64,000 nt of DNA from the NCBI RefSeq assembly GCF_006345805.1, contig NC_043005.1, positions 107,012,001 through 107,076,000 on the forward strand, written 5' to 3'. Position 1 is the stretch's first letter. Each line of letters starts with the position of its first letter. The stretch is from Octopus sinensis (lineage: Eukaryota). The position numbers and the translations under genes are program-made. Under the pieces are notes generated by a model. The model did no database searches. It had not been told where the DNA came from and saw only the letters and a list, made by a program, of their open reading frames with translations. Positions 55,523-64,000 of the stretch are shown one piece after another.

Positions 55523-55997
55523 GTCTTGGTATAAAAGATGGGCTACAGCAAATATTCTGCTCAATACCACAGATTTGCTTGTCAGTTGTTTGACCTTAAC
55601 CAGTTGAGCATGTCCCTTAGTGGCTGACGATATGTGCATCTCTGATCACGAGCAGAAGTAGTGGGGGAGCATCATAGCCATGTGTTGAGAGGGATTCTTT
55701 GGGGTTTGAATAGTTCACCTCTGGAAACATGGGTGGTTCTTTCAACATCCTTAAGCAACCCTTATTCAGGGACCGTTTGAGCGGGATGGGCTACTCAACC
55801 TGAAGAAAATTCTAACTGGGCCCCACCTGCAAGGTCATGTGCTGTTTATCTTGATATGAGATCACCATGTCGCGCACATATGGTTGTGATGCATGTGCCT
55901 GGTGTACCTTTATCAGACGGGTAGTCATGATGGGTATATTGGGCTTCGTATATTTTACCCCAGTGTCACTTTGATGGCATGAACTGCTCTCTCACTC
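55522..55997 (+). mobile_element. ~475-bp non-coding interspersed element between (AAT)n tracts
   Basis: Non-repetitive block with (AAT)n on both sides; I recall it as a common octopus repeat but it is single-copy here, so class and strand are unverified. Confidence 0.5.
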
Positions 55998-56033
<36 letters not shown>

Positions 56034-56165
56034 GAGAAGAAGAAGAAGAAGAAGAAGAAGAAGAAGAAGAAGAAGAAGAAGAAGAAGAAGAAGAAGAAGA
56101 AGAAGAAGAAGAAGAAGAAGAAGAAGAAGAAGAAGAAGAAGAAGAAGAAGAAGAAGAAGAAGAAG
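55998..56165. repeat. (AAT)n then long pure (GAA)n
   Basis: Direct reading. Confidence 0.97.
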
Positions 56166-56169
56166 GGGA

Positions 56170-57700
56170 AGAGGTAAGGGAAAACTGAACCACTTGCTAT
56201 TCATGGACGACCTGAAGCTATTCCCAAAATCCTAGGCAGAACTGGACAGCCTAGTCCAGTTTGTGGGGATTTTCTGCAATGATATTAAGATGGAGTTGGA
56301 CTCTCAAAATGTCCTACGATGGTGATGAGACGGAGAAAGCTTTTCAGAATAGAAGGCATATGATTGCCAAGAGGTGAAATGATGAAAGCAATTCAACCTC
56401 AGTTGAGCTTTAATTACCTGGGAATACTTGAGGCAGATGGAATCAAACACAATGACATGAACGAAAAGACAAAAAGAAAGCACCTGCGGCGAGTGAGAAA
56501 AATATTGGCTTCAAAGCTGAATGTTAGAAACGTAATTTCGGCAATAAACTCACACGCAGTCGCAGTCGTTCCGTATGGCGCTGGAAAACTGAAGTGGACA
56601 GAAGAGAAAATAAAGCATATGGACAGGATGACAAGAAAGCTCCTAATTATGCTTGGAGCCCATCATCCACGTGTGGACACTGATCGCCTATACAGGAAGA
56701 GAGTTAATGGAGGAAGAGGACTGATAAGTGTGGAAGACTGTGTGCGTATAGAACTCTAGAACATAACGAGATTCCTAGCCCAAAGTGAGGAAACCTTCCT
56801 AGTGATATTTAGGAATGAGAGAGTATTAAGAGCAGAGAAATTAAAAAGAAAACAAAGGAAGAAGTAAAAAACGGACATGAAGAAGAATTACACAAGAAGG
56901 GACTATACAATTAATCCCGTGCAGCCACAACAGAAGTTGCTGGAAAAATATGTGGAATTGGCTGATGACAGGAACACTAAAACAAAGAGACTGAGATCAC
57001 TATACTGGCAGCTCAATACCAAGCTTTGGCCACGAACTGGAGGGTCAATGTTAGGAATGAGCAAGTGTCTGCCCTGTATCGGGTCTGCAATAGAGTGTAT
57101 GAAACCATCATCTATATCAAGAACGAATGCCCTAGACTTGCTCAGAACCATACACGTTGCGGCGACACAATCAGGTTGCAAAAGTGATACATTGGAGACT
57201 GCGAAAAGTGGGGTCTAGAGAGACGCAAGACGTTGTATGAGCACAAACCACCGAGAGTGGTGAAGTCCGAGACTAGCAAAAGCCTCTGGGATTTCCCAAT
57301 CCAAACAGATCAGGTGCTAGATCATAATAGACTGGATCAAGTAGTGGTGGACATGGTGCACCACATATGCTATATAGTGGATGTTTGATGGCTATTTGAC
57401 CCGCAAATGGTCAAGAAGAAAGGCAAAAAGATAGATAAATACAACTCTTTTAAGTAAGAAATAGCCCGGCTATGGAAAATGAAGAAGGTGAAGATAATGC
57501 CAACTATTGTTGGGTCCTTGGGAACAGTAACAGAAGGTATCAAGGGGAAAATAAAAGAAATTGGAATAGAGTGCCCAGATGGACTGTTGCAAAGGTTTGC
57601 CTCATTAACACGGCTAGAATAATCAGGAAAAATATTAGATAACTGAAAAGAACAGATAGCATGGTACTGTAGGCTTCAGGTAGCAAGTCCGCTACGCATG
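56170..57700 (+). mobile_element. R4/Dong-type RLE non-LTR retrotransposon relic (RT C-half, decayed CCHC knuckle, restriction-like endonuclease)
   Basis: KLNHLLFMDDLKLF; YLGILEADGIKH; GAHHPRVDTDRLYRKRVNGGRGLISVEDCV; YRVC..ETIIYIKNECPRLAQ; LWDFPIQTDQVLDHNRLD; IVGSLGTV; TARIIRKILDN*. Confidence 0.9.
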
Positions 57701-57734
57701 TAAGACACCAGTGCCTTACGCATGTAAGGCTCTC

Positions 57735-57996
57735 AGTGCCGAAAAAATAAGTACATCTGCTAGAATCGACTTAATTTACTGAGTTGTCTCCCAAAATGGT
57801 CCGAGAATTGTGCGCTATGGGCGGTGCCGAAACAAATATCATTTTTCTAGTACTGGATCGGAATAGGAATTTAAATTTATAGAAACTCACTGGGTTGGAA
57901 AACAAAGTTGGTATAGGTTCGATTTGAACTCAGAATTCAATGAGCCAGAAAGAATATCCCGAGGCAATTTGTCCGGCGCACTAACGATTCTGCCAA
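57735..57996 (-). mobile_element. Degenerate SINE family A-related copy
   Basis: gatttgaactcagaa...gtccggcgcactaacgattctgcca head and ataagtac...aatcgactt core remnants. Confidence 0.6.
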
Positions 57997-57997
57997 A

Positions 57998-58078
<81 letters not shown>

Positions 58079-58693
58079 CTGCCCAATTTGCAGCAACAGG
58101 TGAAAGGCGTGTGTGTGTAAAAGTACGTTCTACTTACTGAATTATAGCTTCGCCGAGGCGAAACGAATAAATATATAAAAATAAAAGAAAATATAAAAAA
58201 TTAAAAGCGAGGTCCAATGAAAGAAAATGAATACAAAAAGAGAAGACAAAAAAACAAAAAAACAATATATAACAAACAAACATCCATAGTGGCTGTCCCA
58301 TTGGTTGGTGATGTTAACAACACAAAGGAAAAACAAAATGTCTATAAATTATGTTGCCAAGGAGAACACTCCAGTAATCACGTAATTATGTATACATGCA
58401 TGTGTCATATATGTGGCGTTCGTAGGGGCTCCTGAGTGTTTGCTTGTGCGTGTGTTTTATTCAAATTGTTTATTGTTACAGCGGGCGGGCGGGGCGCATG
58501 GTAATGGAAACATGAGTGTGTTATTGGTGTGGTGTGCGATCATGTGACGTGGTGTAGAAAGGAACACAATTTATTGTATGTATGCAATTATAAGCAATTA
58601 TTTCGAGTCGACTCCAACAGGACAGCTGATTTGTAAATTTCTATTAAAAAAAATCAATAAAATATTGAAAAGGTAAAATAAAAAGAAAACACT

Positions 58694-58697
<4 letters not shown>

Positions 58698-58774
<77 letters not shown>

Positions 58775-58807
58775 TATGTATGTATATATATATATATATA
58801 TATGTAT

Positions 58808-58880
<73 letters not shown>

Positions 58881-59087
58881 CATATATATATAATATACAT
58901 ATATGTATATATATACATATATAGAGAGCTAAAATGTTCTAGCAACCATTTTCCCGTTATAAACTTATCCATGCGTGCCATCGTTTTGCGGACACACACA
59001 CATATGCATGCATATGTGTGTATGTGTGAGTATGTATACGTATATGTATATGTATATATGCAAATATATAGATATGTATATATATAC

Positions 59088-59130
<43 letters not shown>

Positions 59131-59290
59131 ATATATATATATATGTACATATATACATATATATATATATATTATATATATGCAAATATAAAGATACATA
59201 TGTATATATGTATATATATATATATATAGTATATATATATATAATATATATATATAATATATATATATATGCACACGCACATACATATGC
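58698..59290. repeat. (TA)n/(TG)n field
   Basis: Direct reading. Confidence 0.9.
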
Positions 59291-59880
59291 ATTCAGATAT
59301 AATGAATTTCTGTCACTATACAACACTTGCCTGTTAAGGCCAATTAACCCCGAATAAAAAAAAAACAAAGAGTTGCACAAATACTAAAAACAACGAAGTG
59401 TATGCGAAATAAAGACGGCTAACATGGACGGAAAAAATGGTGGGCCTCGTGACTATGTGGTATATGAATGATGACATGATGTCAGAGCTCTAGCGGGTGT
59501 GATTAAAAAAAGAAAAAGTACAAAAACTGAGAGGGACATGTAAAGAAATATAAAAGAAATATCTAGTCTGATAGAATAATAGATGTATAACATGGATATA
59601 TAGATAATTAGATAGCAGTAATATACAGAGGTGTACATACACCTTTTACCTAAAGCGAGAATATTTTCTCCACAGTAAACTAAAGCGAAATGTCCTTTAC
59701 AAGTTCAAATATATTTCTTATACAACTAAACTAAAGTAAAATTTGATATACATACATACATGCAGACGTACAAGGTACTAGGTAATGCTGAATAATTGGT
59801 GTAGACAGACCATAGTTAAGTTCTAGATTCTGTAATTTTGCGAATAAGGGGTTCAAACGTTGCTTCTAAGTCAGCGTGTG

Positions 59881-60028
59881 TATATAAGAAGTTTTTGCGT
59901 AATGAGATAAAAAACCAAGGGTGTGTAAATATTAAGAAACAGCTGTAAGACCTTCTATCTATAAATGTTCTAATATCTACACAGCCTTGGGTTTTTTGTC
60001 TCATTACGCAAAAAATTCCTAGATATAT
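59881..60028. mobile_element. ~148-bp fold-back element, ~60-bp imperfect inverted arms, TA-flanked
   Basis: 59881-59941 vs reverse complement of 59966-60028 share tttttgcgtaatgaga(t/c)aaaaaa(c)ccaagg(g/c)tgtgta(a/g)atatta; 24-bp spacer. Confidence 0.75.
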
Positions 60029-60102
60029 ATAATTATATATATATACATATATATATATATGTACATATATGTATATATATATATATATATGCATATATAT
60101 TT

Positions 60103-60335
60103 GGAGGAGCCTGTCTTAGTGGTTATGGTGCTGAACTGATGATCTTAAGTGTTTGGTTTCGCTTCTTGAACTGGGTGACGCATCGTGTTCTTGCGCAAAA
60201 CATTTTCGTTTCACATTGCTCCAGTCAATTCAGCTGGCAAAAAGTGCTAACCCCACCAGGGACCAGCACAGAATTGTGCGATGGCAACCCGAAAACCGGT
60301 CCAATGAGTCTATGTGACAAGGGAAGAAACTTTTC
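60103..60335 (+). mobile_element. SINE family C (tRNA-like head)
   Basis: cttagtggttatggtg...gtgttcttg.gcaaaaca...tttcacattgctccagtc.a.tcagctggcaaaaa shared with 60588-60825 and 63275-63500. Confidence 0.75.
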
Positions 60336-60587
60336 ACTCAAGCACACGCAAACACACACAGACACACACATACACAAACATACACACAAACACACCACAC
60401 ACACAAGTGTGTGTACACAGAGAGAGCGAGAGAGAGAGTATGTGTTTGAGATAGAGTGAGAGGGAGGGAGTGCGGGGACTGAGGGAAAGATTAGTAGTAT
60501 GATATTAATGAATCTAATGAAAGGCAAACGGCATCATAATTACTTCTTATATATGGTTACTAGAAAATATTGCCCCAGAATTACATT

Positions 60588-60825
60588 GAAGGCACATGGC
60601 TTAGTGGTTAGGGTGTTGGACTCATGACCGTAAGATTGTGGTTTCGATTCCTGGACCGAGTGACGCGTTGTGTTCTTGAGCAAAACACATCAGTTCACAT
60701 TGCCCCAGGCCACTCAGCTGGCAAAAAGGAGTAAACTTGCGAGGAACCGGCGTCCTGTCTCCCCACGAAAACCGGAAGACTGTCCCTTATAAGCCGGTAT
60801 GACTCGAGAAAGCACCTTTACCTTT
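60588..60825 (+). mobile_element. SINE family C (tRNA-like head)
   Basis: A box TGGCTTAGTGG, B box GTTTCGATTCC, then the family C body. Confidence 0.85.
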
Positions 60826-61120
60826 AAGTCATTAAATTGTCACATACAAACCCGCTCAAATCTGTTAGCTCTCATGAGGCACCACCATATGGTACATAAC
60901 GCATTGCATTTTAATACAAACATATCAGCAAATGCCTAATGAGTCATTAGCTGGCTGTGCACCGAATGTCCATTGACATATTTTAGGGTTTACATTTACT
61001 TTTCATTTGAACACAACGAAACCAGAGGCAAGCGACAACTTGAAATTACATTTGAAAAATACTATAATATCCAACCTCTTTTGCTCATTTAAGGCAAGCG
61101 ATGTGCTTCTTACTGTCTGA

Positions 61121-61330
61121 TACTCTTTTACTCTTTTACTTGTTTCAGTCAGTTGACTGCGGCCATGCTGGAGCACTGCCTTTAGTCGAAGAAATCGACC
61201 CCAGGACTTATTCTTTGTAAGCCTAGTACTTATTCTATCGGTTTATTTTGCCGAACCGCTAGGTTACAGGGACATAAACACACCAGTAACGGTTGTCAAA
61301 CGATGTTGGGGGACAAACACAGACACACAA

Positions 61331-61412
<82 letters not shown>

Positions 61413-61584
61413 TCATATATACGACGGGTTTCTTTCAGTTTCCGTCTACCAAATCCACTCACAAGGCTTTGGTCTACCCGAGGCTATAGTAGAAGACACT
61501 TGCCCAAGGTGTCACGCAGTGGGACTGAACCGAGAACTATGTTGTTGGTAAGCCAACTACTTGCCACACAGCCACTCCTGCGCC
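61121..61584 (-). mobile_element. SINE family B, full length, expanded internal (TA)(TG) tract
   Basis: Colinear with 47018-47412. Confidence 0.9.
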
Positions 61585-62169
61585 TAAAATTTGAAACCTT
61601 TACTATCTCTGACAGGACACGAACCCACGATTCGCTGCTGTTCACGAATAGTACAGGAAGACGTGGGCGTTTGACCCCCTATATATATAGCTGCTAGCTT
61701 ACCCTGCAATCATATCTTATGATCTTAAAAAAAAGAAAGGAACTTATTTTAAGATAGCACTTGGTAAGCATGCACTTTAATTATTGATCGTTCCAGTGAA
61801 AGCCAGCAACTAAAACACCAACTGTGATTGTTATGTCCCAAAGTTTTCTTCCTGATTATTACGACAACAGTCACAAGAAAACAACAACAATCTGGTGAAT
61901 TACAAAAGACTAGAAGTTCATAGTAAAACGCACCTCAGTTCCCACTTACAGAATAACTGTTTCTTAGAAATATACCTGGACGAATAATAAAACCATATGG
62001 CACCAAGTAAGGAAAACGATGTCGCAAACGAGAGGGGAAAGTTGTGCTACTTCGCTAAATGTATATGATACGAAAGATTCCATATTTCAGCATTTGAATT
62101 CAAAACATTAAGCCCGTTATTCCATTCAGGAGTTCGTTTCAAATTTAGTTCTGTTTCTTTAGCGTAAGA

Positions 62170-62267
62170 TATACATACATATATATATATATATATATTA
62201 TATATATCGCATGGTCCCTTTTCCCTCTCTGCTTCTTTCTTTCATTCTTTCTCTGTATGTGTGTATG

Positions 62268-62327
<60 letters not shown>

Positions 62328-62530
62328 ATATAATATATATATATATATATGTATGTATATATATATATATATTATATATATGTATGTATGTATATATATA
62401 TATATGTGTATGTATGTATGTAGGTATGTATATATATATATATATAATATTATATATATATATACATATATACATACAGGCATATATATATATATATGCA
62501 ATATTACACATGCATACATGTATGAATAGA
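62170..62530. repeat. (TA)n/(TATG)n field
   Basis: Direct reading. Confidence 0.9.
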
Positions 62531-63274
62531 CACAGACACACACACGGTCACACACATATATGAGTAAACACAATCTAGAAACATTGCGAACGTGAGCTGA
62601 TCACCGTGTCAGTCGATCAACATTTTGCATTGGTATTAATAGTAATAATATAGAGTTACTATATTTACGAAGACTACAAGCACCACAAATACAATCGCCG
62701 CCACAACCCTACCCCTGCAGTATCACCACCACATTTACCACCCAAACAACCACCACTACCACTGCCAATTACCACCACCATCACAACCCACATGAAGTGA
62801 TCAGGCTGTTGTCCTTGCCTCCATCAATCATTTAACAGTGTAGATGCTATTTTCTTCTCTTTTAAATTTTTTTCCTGTGTCCGGCAAGCCACTTTGTCCG
62901 ACAGTTGTATTAATTATCGTTATATATATGCGAGATATTTTATTGTGCAAACAAAGCGAAGGGTAAGCTAGGGTCGAATATATTTTAATATGACGGAAAT
63001 TATTGCTGTAGAAATAGAAATATCATACATGTCGCCATTTCTACATTTAGAAAATATACATACTAGACGGTTTATTCAACAGGGTGTTTGTATAGCTTTG
63101 TTTCCTTGCTTTTCTTTGCTCTCTCCTTTTCCTGTCATATTCTTTCTGGTAGTGGACTCTGTGTCCTGAGTATGTATACATTTATATATATATATATCCA
63201 CTGATACATGCACATGCATTCACATATGCATAGACAGATACATACATACATACATACCTACATACATGTTTGTT

Positions 63275-63500
63275 CCTTCTTGATCCACGCCTGGCTCATA
63301 GGGCCGGTTTTCGTGCCGTATACATTTTCATCTGCTCAGGACGCCAGTCCGTCGCAGAATTACACAACTTTTGCCAGCTGAGTTGACTGGACCAATGTGA
63401 AATAAAATGTTTTTCTTGAAGGCACAACGCTCAGCCGGCAATCGAACTCACAATCTTATGATCGTGATCCGAATACGGTAACCAAAACTTAGAAGGCTTT
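63275..63500 (-). mobile_element. SINE family C
   Basis: Reverse complement of the family C body (ttttgccagctgagttgactgg..caatgtgaaa) and head (gagttcgattgc). Confidence 0.75.
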
Positions 63501-63544
63501 CACTAACAAAAGCTCCCTTCAATATTAATAAATTAAATCTAAAT

Positions 63545-64000
63545 ACTATGTGACTAACAACAAAGTTCTGGAAAGTGCGAAGAGTCAAAGTATCGAATCA
63601 GTGATTATGAAACACAGTCTTCGATTCTCAGGACACGTAGCAAAAACGGAGGAGTCAAGATTCCTACACGAAATCTCATTCAGCAATCTGTCTTCAGGGA
63701 AAAGGCCAGGGGTTGTCCTCTTCGATGATATAAGGAGCAACTCAAAGCAACACTGAAAGTCACTGGCCTTGAATGTAAATCGTTCGAAACACAAGCCGGA
63801 GACCGTATAAATAGGCTGTGTTCCATCACAACATCTTTGAACCCACTAAAACACGAAAGGAAGAAATCAAATGGCAAGAGAGAAAGACTCAAGGAAATCT
63901 ACCTCGTCCTTCACAATCATTTAGCATGCAGTAAATGCCATCCACTCTTCCATGCAAGAATTGGTCTACATAGTGGTTAACGCCTTTGCCATAAAGGAAA
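63545..64000 (+). mobile_element. RTE (BovB-like) LINE 3' fragment
   Basis: TNNKVLESAKSQSIESVIMKHSLRFSGHVAKTEESR..SNLSSGKRP..GRPLRRYKEQLKATLK..ACSKCHPLFHARIGLHS, typical RTE C-terminus. Confidence 0.8.

Noticed and set aside
58149-58165. TTCGC-CGAG-GCGAA hairpin as a Helitron end or terminator
   Set aside because: No CTRR terminus at a suitable distance on either strand; intrinsic terminators are not relevant here
58490-58555. GC-box and E-box/CRE-like motifs as a promoter
   Set aside because: Short motifs expected by chance; no linked gene
60588-60665. tRNA gene
   Set aside because: A/B boxes run directly into a repeated SINE body and the acceptor stem does not close; the same applies to family A and B heads

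Overview
Eukaryotic, AT-rich, extremely microsatellite-dense DNA. The SINE families and repeat landscape look like an octopus (cephalopod) genome; this is recognition and inference, not a database result. I find no intact host gene, rRNA, true tRNA or CRISPR array. Most ORFs in the supplied track are translations of simple repeats or SINEs; a few overlap the decayed transposon ORFs listed below. The window is a transposon graveyard: three tRNA-derived SINE families (one recurring as head-to-tail concatemers with a 184-bp period), four mariner relics (one with both TIRs, one built from two inward-facing 5' ends), two R4/Dong-type RLE non-LTR relics, two RTE relics, two small fold-back elements and three Penelope-like (PLE) GIY-YIG copies. 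The standout is a spacerless ~2.5-kb palindrome (33067-35570, apex 34334) made of two ~98% identical PLE 3' halves nested inside a SINE. Near each outer end sits an identical minimal hammerhead-ribozyme motif with a compensatory U3:A8 core pair and a palindromic stem III. Two weak host-exon candidates (661-715, 26475-26615) are reported only as findings. Boundaries of decayed elements are approximate.
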